DNA of 64,000 nt from Takakia lepidozioides. Lineage: Eukaryota > Plantae > Bryophyta. Where the stretch lies: the NCBI GenBank assembly GCA_030704615.1, contig CM060731.1, positions 33,294,001 through 33,358,000 of the forward strand, read 5' to 3'. The stretch's first letter is position 1, and the number at the start of each line of letters is the position of its first letter. Below, piece after piece: positions 1-11,861 of the stretch. The translations under genes were made by a program, and so were the position numbers. Below the pieces are notes generated by a model. That model saw nothing but the letters and a program-made list of their open reading frames with translations. It searched no databases and was not told the DNA's origin.

Positions 1-3000
1 ATGACTGATAGGGTGGATGAGGCTACGGGTAAACTGATTTGTGAGCCATTGCCTTCTCAGTGCAAGGCTGATAGGGTTTCAAAGAAGGGCAGCCAAAGAG
101 AGATGGTGAAGGACTTAAAGGAGTGGACTTCAAAGATTTTGAAGGATGGTTTGCTTGCAGCTGACCCATTTGGGCTTCTTATTGTGCTCTTACTTGTGAG
201 TACTGCTCTTGTGTTCGATGTATTTGCTTATCACTATCCAAAAGCAGGTAAAAGAGAAAAAGTAAGTGAATTTTTGATGTCTGCATCTCAATACCACTTC
301 TGAGTAAATCTTAGACCTTTGTCGTTATATTGAGTTGTCTCTCTGAGTTTAAAGACCTGGCATTTTGTCACACTTGTTCGGTTGGTCCAGGCATTTCAGG
401 GGTTGCCCAAGCTCCAGCAGATTCTATCCATGGTGAAGATTGCCTACATAGTCGCGGTCACCCAGACATCAACAGCATGTGAGAAACTATTAGCGAAATT
501 GCTGGACCAAGACAAGTGCCTTAAATCTGTCATCCAGGAGGCATGCCTTCCCTTCCTGCGTAGGGCAGCTATGCTGGTACATTTCTCTCCCTCTGGACAT
601 TATACGTTGCTACATTATACATTATCACTGCTTTCTTCTATTTTCTTTCTCTCACTTTTTTCACTTGTGTCCCCTAGCTGGTTTGGCCTCTCATATGTCA
701 TTCATGCTTTTGCTTGAGACCTAACTCTTTGGGCCTACGAAGTTCCGTTTTTTCTTCTTCTGTCTTTCTGGCTTTTCAAAACCAATGTCTGATGTTAAAA
801 TATCTCTCCCAGACTTCTGGGACATAATAAACTCCTTATCCTTGTGAAGCTTGGGCTCTTTGGCACAGCAGACATGGTGAGTTCCTTTTTTTTTCTTCTT
901 TCGATTTGTGTTTGTGGTCCCTCTCTCTTTCTTGTGTCTTTCTTCCTCTAGAAGAAAGAACACTTCTTCTTCTATTGCCCTCTATACTACGAGATCCGTG
1001 GGAGATTCCACTGTTTATTCCATGGAACCCAATCTCTCACTGAAGTCTTCCACTATGTGGATCAGAAATGCTTGGCAGCATACCTGCACGAGGCCATCAC
1101 CCTTAGACAATCACTCGAACAATAGTTCTTATCTTGGCTTTGGTTTTGTTTCCTCTCTCATGTTTTCTTCCATTTTGTCCCATAAGCTCTATGAGCTTTC
1201 TGCGGACGTTATAAAGCACCATTTCATTTCATTTCATTTCCTCTTGTCCCATAACCACTTTGGGCCTCCCGCGGACGTTATAAAGTACCATTTCATTTCA
1301 TTTCCCGTTTTTTGTCCCATAAGCTCTTTGAGCTTTCTGAGGCATCACTTCATGTATCCTGAGATGGTCATTTGTTTGTTCTACCCTGTCCCATGGGCCC
1401 TCATGGCCCTCTGTGGACGTTACTTTCTTGTCTTCCTGTCTCTATCTGCTTTACAAGTTGGCAATGTGCTGGTCTTCAACAGACCACAAGCCCATATGTT
1501 GGATCACCACTTCTTCCCTCTGGGATAGAAATAGAATTGCAGAATCCTTCAGATATCTGGCAATGCTGTTGACAGACTGAGCAAGGGTTCAGCTGTGTCT
1601 CCTGTCCTAGAAACAGTAGCAAAAAATCTAGAAAGAAAAAAAGGAAAAATGCAGTACATCCAGGAGAGGCCGAAAGGGTGTACAGGACCGTAGAACCATT
1701 TACATGCCAAACATTGCAGGACGATGGAGTACCTCATGCAGATAGGCTGCTAAGCACTTTGGGTCCCATAGCTGAACGCCCTCATAGAAATGAAATGATA
1801 TGGTACTTTATAACGTCCGTGGAGAGAGAGGAGAAAAGAAGAAAGAAAATGAAATGAAATAAAATGGTGCTCCAAAAAGAAATGAAAAGAAATGATACTT
1901 TATAACGTCCGTGGAGAGCTCACAGAGCTGATGGGACAAAAGGGAAAACAGGAAAGAAGAGACAAAACCATAGCCAAAAGCAGCCCAAAAGCAACTACTG
2001 CTCAAGGGATTGCCTAAGGCTAAAGGCAGAAAGAAAAGTGAAACTCTAAGAGAAATGAAATGAAATGAAATCGTACTCATAACGTCCGCATTCAAGTGGG
2101 AGGGTGTCAGACCCAGATACGGTCCTTGGTTTGTTTGTTTGTTTGTTTTGGTTTGTTTCGCTCTAATCATCTGCAACAGGCGATTGGCCCCGTGGGGCTA
2201 CAGTATCTCATACTACTGACTTGAGCTAAGGCTCTGGTGATGCTACTACATTGTACAGTGGGGTCTATACCTCTCCTGGCCTCATCTGGTGAGTCGTAGT
2301 CCGACTAGGAAGGTTATTGCTAGCTGACAGGTTTTATTTTCCCCACTTCATGGCATTCTAAATGCCGAGGGAGTGACCACTAAGCCAAATAGCCTCCTGA
2401 GCAGATCAGTATCTGGGTCAGACTCCTTACACACCACTGCCTCGCCCTCTTCTTCACCCAGTGTAGCTTCCTATAAATGTTCTCCAATTTCTGAGGATGT
2501 CACATCATGACACATGATATTATCTATTGGAATCAGTTTCTGCGAGTAATAGGATGTAGTTGGTTGTTTCTGAGGATCCACCATTTCACATCATGTCGTC
2601 TATTGCAATCAGTTTCTGCAAGTTAAAGGATGTAGTTGGTCAACCTAATCTCATTGGCGGCATCCTTGTGCAGGTGCAAATTATCACTGGCAGAGAGCTA
2701 GATGGCCAGTATAAGAACTCAGGTACCCATCTGATTGGTAGAAGTACGGTGTGAATGTCATAGACTTTCTGCTCTGAGATTGTATTGGCACATGTATATT
2801 ACTATTTAATGGGGTTTCCCGACCCTCGAGGGTCCACCAAGAATATTCTGGGTGTCCTTCTGTACGAACATTTAAGGTGGTGAGACAATTCCATCTGCAA
2901 TTTTTTTTCTAATTTATTGAAGAAGTTTGCACTGACTTGCTTTTGCTTGCAATGGGTCTACCAGATTTTACTAGCAGATAATCACAGCACCACATGATTG

Positions 3001-6000
3001 CTCTATGCAAATATGATGTGCAGGTAGGAAGGTGATGAATGCTACATACTTGCAGCACGTATTGTCTCTTCCAGATCTCAACATGCTATTAAAAGGTATC
3101 CCTCCCTGTTGAAACACTGGTGTTGCTGCAACCACCGCTTGCCAATGTATCATTAAGTGATGATGTGCGTGGTTCCCTGCAGCAAATAGCTGTCATTACT
3201 GTTTGGACTGTGTTTTCTTTTGCCGCAGCCCTGCACTTATATTCATGTGAAGTTTTGCAATGAGATTTAAAAGATGGAGACAACCTACACTAGAGGACCA
3301 GAGTGAAGAATAGTTGGTCACATTTCAAAATGCTTCAGGAATTTTAGGCTATTTCCAGAGAGTCTGGTGAAGGACATCAAGCAGTGGGTTTACCAGTTTT
3401 CAGTTTGTGTTCCCATCTATGCATAGTTGATTTGAGAAAATACATAGCTGTAGTTCAAATTTCCCATGCATAATAGGGAAGACTAGCGAATGGTCATGTT
3501 TCAAGTTCTAAAACATCCATCCTTTATAAATGACTGGTAAAAAAACGTGGGATCCGACTGAAAACTTGAGAATGTCATGGTATTTGAATCCTGTTGGCAG
3601 CACCTGAAGGTGCTCAAATATCAGCGTTGCAACCCCTTCTACAAGTCTGTCATGTGAGTCATCAGAATCATCCAACCTTTCGCACTGTGGAAGGTGCTGC
3701 GTATTTTTTCTTAGTATGAAGGATTATGCCAGTTTTAGGTAAGCCTCTGGTCAAGGAGTTATAAGGCAAGAAGTGTAAGCATTACTCGTGGAATGTCATA
3801 GCCACAAATGTGTAGTCTGGTGCTGGCACCAATTAGTATGAAAGGGTGCATGTGGAAAAAGAGTGAAGGATAATGGAAATGGCAGGGAGTGATCAACCTT
3901 TGCTCTTTGTCATGGAACAGAAGTCTACACGATTCACACCAGAGCTCTGGAAAGTTCCACGGCAGCTGCTGCTTATGAAATTACCACTGATCTTTCAGGT
4001 CAATCTTATCTCCTAAACGATATCTCACTTCATTGGGTAGCATAGATTTCAGGGGCTACTTCTGTGTATTAACTTGAGAGTCCATTTAATCAGGAGACTG
4101 TGCTCATGGGTTCCCATTGTCCATGTGTTGCATTGTGCTGCAATATCAAACATCATTCCATTTATTTTGGGGTTTTCCTAGAAAAACTTAGTAAGCTCCC
4201 TGCCTGAGATAAGGAGTTTACTACACGACGGAAGATAACGAGCCGAGTTTTTATCTGTTTCATAGGCAGGTCCCAAGTGATGAGGATCTGAAGGTGATCC
4301 TTGAATCCACTTAATGCACTAGGAGAGGCTTATTAGGTTTTACTTGCCTTAGCCTCATGGACAGATGCCGCCCAGTTTTGACAGAGCTGGAAACAAGCAC
4401 AGAGTGGGTAGGGGGATGGGAGGAAAGCAGTATGGGGATGACTACAGTCTCTCAATAATTATCCAAGCGAGTTGGTCATTCCCTCCCTGCCTTTTGTTTC
4501 ATCCTTACAGGAGGCAGTGGTTGTTTATGTCAACAAGCCTCTGGTAAGCAATATGCCATTAGAAACCCTTACGCCTCCCTGCCCTCCCCCCTTGGTGAGT
4601 GATTGTCACAGTTGTATTTACAATGTGTTCAACTAGGTCATGGTCAGTGATGCACATTGATGGAGCAGAGATAGCCAAGTGGGCATCGCTGTTAATTAAT
4701 GTAGCCAGATTTTTTGAGGGGTTCGACAACTTTCTAGGGTATTGTCCTGGCAATCTGACCTCTATGGTGGATCTCAAGGCCTCTAAAAGTGTCTCCCTAC
4801 AGGCCCTCATGGTTATTTCTTTGTTCTATCCTGTCCCATGGCCCTCAAGGCCCCATGGACGTTATAAAGTTACATTCTTTATTGTACAAGGCTACGGCAA
4901 ACAACGTCTAATGGGTACTGTCTTTTGGTTTTCCATACATGTTATAATGCTCATTAATTTGCTTTATAACTGGTAAAGGTAAAGGTAAAGGCTAAGTAAT
5001 TTTGTAAAATAAAACGGGGAAGTCCTCAGGAGGAAATCAATCTGGTGTGTGTGGAGGGGATGGTGAGAAACTTGTTTCAGTTTTGTAACCCTAACTTCAA
5101 GCTGAAGCATTAAGTTGGTGGTGTCTGAGGTGATCAGGAGTTGTTGCTAAACAGCATGCATATGCGTTGTGCTGATTGTAATCAAGAGCCTGAGTGAGTA
5201 CCCTTCTCAACTCAACTTCACTATGCTACCTTTGGAATTCATGCTACACCTAGAAAGTTAACTTCACATACTTTTTTGAGTAGATGTTCTGGTATTGGCA
5301 AGGTTTAGAGTTTCTCCCCTCAAATCTTGATCGCTAACTGTGCCGGGCCGAGACAGGAAATGTAGTGGGGTGAGTATGCACGTCATTTTTTTTTATTGGC
5401 CTTGTTTGTCATGGCCTTTTGGGCCTTACACGAAACCGTACTTCATATGCATGCAGGGACCCAGCTTTGTGCTTGGTCTGTGGACGCCTCTTGTGCTGTG
5501 GAGCTGAATGCTGCACTTCAGATGATGTTGGAGAGTGCTCTCGCCACGCTGAAGAAGGTGGTACTTTTTGTAAATTTAAAACACTTTGAATGGGGCCCTA
5601 GACAGACTTCAGTTGGCAAGGATGGGCTAAAGGAAAGCCTGGAAAAGGGACAGCCTTATGTCCACTGGAAGGCTTAGGGCCGAATGGAACCAAATGAAAG
5701 TTCCATTAGATCTCAAGAGAGAAGAGGTAAAAGGGTAGAGTATTTCACGCTGGGACATGAGAGATTGGAGGGAGAAATAGAAACAAAATTTTCTCACAGG
5801 CAGCAAATCAACATATGCTGGCATTGCTCAGGTAGATCTTATCAAAGATAAGTCTTTTGATCTTCAAAATCTTCTGCTTGACTTCTTAAAACGAACAGGT
5901 AGAGTGGTAGTTTTACATTTGTAACTCAGGGAAGAATGGGTTAAAACACCTGGTAGTCTCAGTTTTTGAGGATTGTCCATGAGGTCAAACAGATTCGCTT

Positions 6001-6945
6001 CCAACCTTCAGTGAGAAGTTGCCAAAATACAGACTGGTGCCTACAATGCTCCCAAGCCATCTTTGTTACTACCTTCGTTCCGTGGCAAACAGAAGGCTAC
6101 TAGTTACCCAAAGTTGCAAAGCTACCTACCTTCATGTGGATGAGTCTATCATGAAGCATACCTTCCAACACAGGCCACGAGTAGATTTTGTACCCCAAAG
6201 TCATCTTGTGCCCTCACCCCTCGGCCTATGATACTAGAATTGGCCACTTCTCATTTTTTGCTCTGGATGGCTGTACCACAGAGTGTGCTGGCATTGGCAT
6301 CTTTTTGTTGATGCGCTCAACACAGCTTATATTAATCCGAAGCAACCGGGTGTGCATTGCGCCCTCCCTCTACTTGGATCAACATGGCGAGGTGAGGTCT
6401 TCCCTCTGAGTATTCCAATACAGAGGCATATTGTTACACGTAAGAGATAGTTGGGGTGGAACCTGGTTAAGTTACTGAAAGTAATTCTCTTAACTGATAG
6501 AAGCAGTTTATTGTGCTCTAGCACCTTCTGTCTTCATGGTAACCCATGGAATGCATAGATTGTGTATATATGGTAGGTGTTTGAACTGCATGTCTGGTGA
6601 TGTACCCAGTTTCCATGAACAGATGGGCATTATTATTGAAAATATGAGAAACATTTGCAGGAAGATACCTACCTGAAGCGGAGCCAACTGCTCTATCTGA
6701 ATGACCTTCGATTGAATGAGGTAATGCTTTTCCTTGGAAGCACAACCAAGAGTTTACAGCTCAGGCAGCAATGGATAACGGTAGGCGTAGAAAAGAGAGG
6801 GATGGGTTGTTTTGTGGTTGGCCCATGCAATTGTGTATTCTCACTGAATGGAGGTGTACAGGTGAGGCGGCTGTGGTTGACAGCAGGCTTTGATTATGAC
6901 ACACATATCCTTCATACCTCCAAGATTGGTTCTGGACACCTTTGA
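1..6945 (+). CDS. UBR1/2/3-PRT6 family E3 ubiquitin ligase (N-recognin), 3' part, multi-exon; 5' end lies outside the window
   Basis: GT-AG exons at ~3921-3998 (LLLMKLPLIFQ), ~5138-5193 (MRCADCNQEP), ~5457-5557 (DPALCLVCGRLLCCGAECC..GECSRHAEE), ~6282-6391 (CAGIGIFLLMRSTQLILIR..PSLYLDQHGE), 6661-6720 (EDTYLKRSQLLYLNDLRLNE) and 6862-6945 (VRRLWLTAGFD..*). Together these give the UBR C-terminal domain (xYLDxxGExD). Upstream exons at 1-~250, ~382-576 and ~2673-2722 are less certain. Confidence 0.85.
950..1425 (+). mobile_element. RTEX-like LINE family B 3' fragment plus concatenated LINE 3' tails in a UBR intron
   Basis: Near match to the family B copies at 54.5-56.2 kb ([17 protein letters not shown] region). 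Followed by three further TGTCCCAT-starting tail modules, one of them truncated, and (CATTT)n tails. Confidence 0.8.
1788..2130 (-). mobile_element. Cluster of LINE 3' tail modules (minus strand)
   Basis: Three GGACGTTAT(A/G)A..TAC + (CATTT)n modules in reverse orientation at ~1790-1825, ~1885-1940 and ~2050-2125. Confidence 0.7.
4815..4920 (+). mobile_element. Chimeric LINE tails: C-type tail joined to family A tail
   Basis: TGTCCCATGGCCCTCAAGGCCCCATGGACGTTATAAAG followed ~15 nt later by ACAAGGCTACGGCAAACAACGTCT, the family A 3' end. Confidence 0.7.
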
Positions 6946-7380
6946 GCAGTTTTGATGGGTTGTATGCACCCTGGTCTATAATTTCAAAACCTTGATTCTG
7001 TGACATGGGGTTATTTCAATGTTGGCTACGAGGAGCGAGGTTACATTCCAGCTCTAGATAGCTCAACCCTTTTATTTTGGACTAGATATCAGGCAGTTGT
7101 ATGCACCATCGGTGTATTCCAGAGACCTCACTATTGTAAATGCGTTCTTTGCTGTTAGCTAATTTTGGTTGGTTAGGGCTTCAAACGGACATTTAGGGGT
7201 GAGTGCACCACAGGCAAATTCTACCTCTGTTAAGAAGCTGGATACATACAGTCAACCCAACTGCAATTGGGTTAGACAGGTAACCTGTGCACTTCCAACC
7301 TTGTGTATAGATGGGCAGCTCAACAATCTCGCTGATTGGAGGAAGGGTGAGTAACTGTGGAATCAGGATTGCCTCTTTGA

Positions 7381-9110
7381 GAACAAGCCTAAAACGGGCG
7401 ATCCTGCCCCAAGGAGGGAATCGGCCTTTTTAAAATGAGAAAGGGTGGTTCCTCTTGACTAAGGGGCATGACTCAGCACAACACACCAATCGGAGCGTTG
7501 ACATGGTGTAAGGTCCTTTGACCACATTTTCTCCATTGACTTCATGTTGCAAAGTCTCTCTCTGCAAGAGAGCCAATAAAGCTTATTTTCTTTTTAATCA
7601 TTGTTAATTCTTGATATCAAAATCCTTGGGCTATTTGGTTGTGATGGTGTCAAATCGAGCCCAGCCTGCAATTGATGAGGTGCTGATGCGAACTGGGCTT
7701 GCAAGAAATGGAAACCCTAACTTGTAAGAACAGGAATGGACCACACGGAAGGGCTGGTGGGCCGACAAGTGGGGCATACAGAAGCAGCAGGCCATACGAG
7801 TTGGGCAGCAACTGTCACATGCCTGCCTGTCTTTCTGTCACTTCTGAACCTCGTATTAAAGGTAGTGGAAGAAAAAACCATGACAGAAGGACGTCATGAT
7901 GATGGGGTCAACAGTCCAAAACCGAGGGCGAGTTACTAGGACAAGGGTTTCACTGAATGAGCCAGCAAGCCAACCAAGCCAAGCCCATGACACACCTCCC
8001 CCTTCTAACGGCCTGATCAAGGACATGCGAAAGCAAGAGGAGAGGGCCTGACAAAAATCAAAAGCCTACAGCAGAAGTTATGTTCTTGCAAGCAAGAACT
8101 ATCCTTAGGAGCAACCCTATGTCTTGAGCTGAAGAGGCTTGAAATTGAGGTGCGCTTGATTTTCAGATTCCAGTTTTCCTTGTGCCTCCAGTTGATGATA
8201 TGATTCCATCGGAGAGAGCCAGAGGCCAGGGGATCCTCCAGAGTCCATCCGATGGGAAGGTTGTCTCGAAAGCAGCATGAGAATCCCCTGGTCGAAGGCA
8301 GATATTTCCCATCCAGCCCCAGCAGTCGTCAATTCCCTTAAGAGCTGATTCCCTACGCCTGTCAGAGCATCTGCGTAGCGCCGCAATCAAAACACCCGGT
8401 ACTTTCTTTACCCTTCACATCAAAATCAAAATAAATTTCGTGCAACCCTAGCTCGATGCCAGGGTGCTTGCTCTCAAAAACTCTGTAGTCTGGAGCAACG
8501 TATGAGCCAGAGAGAGACCTTTAAGACAGGCCCCTATGGAGTAACGTTGCCCCTGAGAGCAGCTTTAAGCAAGAGTATACAGTTGAAGTTTGTTTGACGT
8601 CCACAGAGCGCCAAGGAGCACAGAAAGCCCTGACTTTAGACCAGACTAGAGCGGCAAACGCGCAGTCAAGACGGCTGTGTTCAAGGGTCTCACACTATCA
8701 CAGGGGCTATAAGCTGCACTGGAGAGAAGGTAGAGAGTGGTCAAGGGTCTCACAATTATCCATAAAAAGGCAGAGATCCTGGCAAGCCTGGTTTTGTTCC
8801 ACATATCTGCCCATACAGCTAACATTTGGTGCTCTTCCTCTTTCCAGGTGAAATATTTTGGTACTACCCACACTTTATACATTTATTTCTATTTCTATTT
8901 CTAGTTTGATGAAGCTAATTTGTTGGCTTTGTTGTAGAGAGAGACTTTGCGGAGACATGCAAGTCAATGGAGAAAATGTGGTCAAAGTAACTTACACCGT
9001 GTCAAGGCGCTGATTGGTGTGTTGTGCTGAGTCATGCTCCCTAGTCTTACCTTCCTCTTATGTTGTGCCAAAGCAAAGCAAGAGAGCCAATTGCCGTTTG
9101 AGGCTTGTTC
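7381..9110. mobile_element. Non-autonomous long-TIR (Mutator/foldback-like) DNA element
   Basis: About 200 bp imperfect inverted repeats: 7381-7585 (GAACAAGCCT..GCATGACTCAGCACAACACACCAATC..TTTGACCACATTTTCTCCATTGACTT) versus 8910-9110 (AAGTCAATGGAGAAAATGTGGTCAAAG..GATTGGTGTGTTGTGCTGAGTCATGC..AGGCTTGTTC). No clear TSD or transposase. Confidence 0.7.
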
Positions 9111-10671
9111 ACTAATGTTTTTGTGAATAAAGTAGATTATAAATGCTTATAAGTTATATTAAATATCATATAAGCAAGAACTTATTAATATTTATATTAT
9201 TACTCATTATTCTAAATTTATGTTAAACATTGGACGGATTATTTTTTGCATGTTGAGTCTGTACTTTGTCTAATTTTAATTGAATTTTACACAATATTTA
9301 GTTGATAGTAGTCAAAAAAATTGTAAATACAAGATTCAATTTTGAAAAACAATTTCAAAAGGCTTGGTGAAATTGTTGAGGGGGGTATCAATGCCCACAT
9401 AGGCCCACTAGGATAGAAGTATCAGCACCTGGAACAACCCTTTACCACGCTGCCATTCTAATATATAATTTAGACTTGGGACGGGGACATTCCAAAAATG
9501 AAACAGTGGAGATGATCTCTAGGCTTGGCCGAGTCTACACAGCTCCAAGCTCCACGATTCAAACATATTCAACTTGGAAAATATAAAAAAACATGTAGTA
9601 ATCACAACTAGCAGAGTCCTTTTACAACATTTTTTCACGCATCCTAAGAAACATCGAACTTTTGTCAAAAATAAATATATGTATTATATTAGGGAGAGAG
9701 AGATGATGCCAACCAACCTACCTGAATAACATCAATAAGAGCCTCTTCCCCTATAATTACTAATGCCCAAATCAGACAAACACCAAGATTTCGATACGGC
9801 CAATACATGGGTAATCAAAGAAGAAATCTATTCTAGCCTTTATTATGCCCTAACAAGCATTGCACATTATGCCACGCACAAGTGAGTCCTAGAGATATGA
9901 ATGACATACAAGGATAAGGAGCATATATAACAACCTAATCACCAGCCAATCTCACTTTTAGTACAATGTTGGCTATCTCCACAACCAAGTTGTAGCCGGG
10001 CACACACCACCTGGGAAGTGGTTGAGGGTTCAATCAGCTGATTAGTGTCACAAAGGTGTCCATGCTGGAAGGCAGTAGCCGTTCCGGGTGAAGAGACACC
10101 ATAATTTAGGCTTCCTTGGGGAGGCATATATTATTATTAATATTTCCTATAATATACTACCTGCACCATACATGGATCATTTTTTTCCTTCAGACCCTGT
10201 TTAATCCCACTAACCAACTTCCAAGCTTAGTCAGATCAGACTAACTTATGTGAGAATTAGTGTAATTTAATTATTAGAATCACTTGCCTTACATGATATT
10301 CTCTTCCTTGAAACTAAGAAGTAGCCCCATATTATTCTCTCAAACCTTTGACAAACAAAACAACTCAACCTTCCGGGCGGGCAGCCGGGAAGAGCTTGAC
10401 TTGGGACCTCGCATGCTCGCACCCTAAGGAGTATCGGGACCTCGCACGATGCGCACAAACTTGTTGCTATGTATAACAAAATCAAAATCCTCAATAGTAC
10501 AACTTGAAGCAACTTGTCATTTAATTTCTATTTTAAAATTTACATAAAACCTCTGGCCTCTTAAACCTATATATATAACTATATTGATATTTTAAGTATT
10601 GGCAGTGAACACAGGCTTACTGGGGCTCGTTTCTGCCCCTTTTCTCCTTCGTCCTAGCTCTTGGTTCTGGT

Positions 10672-11118
10672 CAGTGGCCAGTGTCATCCTTCTCCGCCCC
10701 TTGGTGGTTATTTTTCCACCTTTCGTAACGCATTTTGAGGGTTTCTTCACCCCATTCTTTCATAAAAACCCAAAAAAAAAACTCAGGGTTGGCGGGGGTG
10801 GAGGTGGGGGTGGGGGCGGGAGAGGGTGGGGGGGGGAGTTTTTTTTTCAATTCGGAAAATAGCACGAGTGGCTACAGAGTTTTGCAAAAAATAGGCATAA
10901 ATTCTGTTCATCCATTCAAATTAGAACAGAATCATCCACATCCGTGCTTTCATCCATTCATATCATCCATATTTGGTCAATTCATCCATAAACTCTATTT
11001 TTTTCGGAGATTTGGTGATTTCATCCATGAAAAAACAGGGAATTTGCGACGGAATATTCTTTTCTATTTTTTGATGTCTCCATTTGCCGAAAATTCGCCA
11101 AAATAAGAAACGCAGCAG
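10672..11118. mobile_element. MITE-like dispersed repeat (copy 1)
   Basis: Shares GAGTGGCTAC.GAGTTTTGCAA.AAATAG.CATA..TTCTGTTCATCCA and AAAACAGGG.ATTT.CGAC.GAATATTC with 23759-25080. Confidence 0.65.
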
Positions 11119-11445
11119 CAGGCTACAAAACTACAAACGCTGTAACTGTGCGGGCTACAAACATTAAAATTTTAAGATTTTAAAATTTAAATCTCAGGCC
11201 TATTAAAAAAAATTATTTATTTAAAACAAATTATGTTCTTAAATGTGGCAGTAAACACAGGGTTACAGGGAGATATGGGTTGGGACGTGGATTGGGACGT
11301 GGGGTATGTCCGGTGGGCGGAGGCCTCGTGAGAGAGCCGTGCAACAGCGGCCGGGCAGAGCGGGCAAACTGGGCAGGTCAGGAATGAAATGTAGGGCAAT
11401 AATTGTGCGGCGCGAGCGAGCGGCGCGCGGTAGGACGCACGGTTT

Positions 11446-11467
11446 GGGGGGGGGGGGGGGGGGGGGG
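11446..11467 (+). repeat. Poly-G tract (G22) in the GC-rich promoter region of the CCCH gene
   Basis: Read directly from the sequence. Further GGG runs at 10790-10836 and 11570-11620. Confidence 0.9.
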
Positions 11468-11861
11468 AGCGAGGGAGGGAGTCCCCTTTCACCCGACAAC
11501 CAGGGACTTGCATTGGGCAGGGGCTGCCCGGGCTGCGGGAGAGAAGAGGGGAAGTGGACGGAGATCGGGAGGAGCAGGGGGGAAGGTGGAGGAGAGAGAG
11601 AGGGGGGGGAGGGGAGGGATCAGGATCGTGCAAGGGCGCAGGAATTTGGGAAAAGGGAACGGACGCTTCTTTCAATTGATGCCGTAGGCGAGGGGAAAGC
11701 TGTGGATGTTGAAATTAGTCGGAGGAGTGGAGGATATCAAGCTCGGTCAAGTTGTTTGTCTCGGTCTCGATTCGGTAACGATTTGGTGGCTGGTGGTGGA
11801 GGAGGGGCATACCACAACACTAGGTAGCGGTTTGTGAGAAAGAGGTGAGCGGGCATGATTG

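Noticed and set aside
11217-11827. Several 80-170 aa Gly/Pro/Arg-rich ORFs
   Set aside because: By-products of GC-rich promoter DNA with a poly-G tract.
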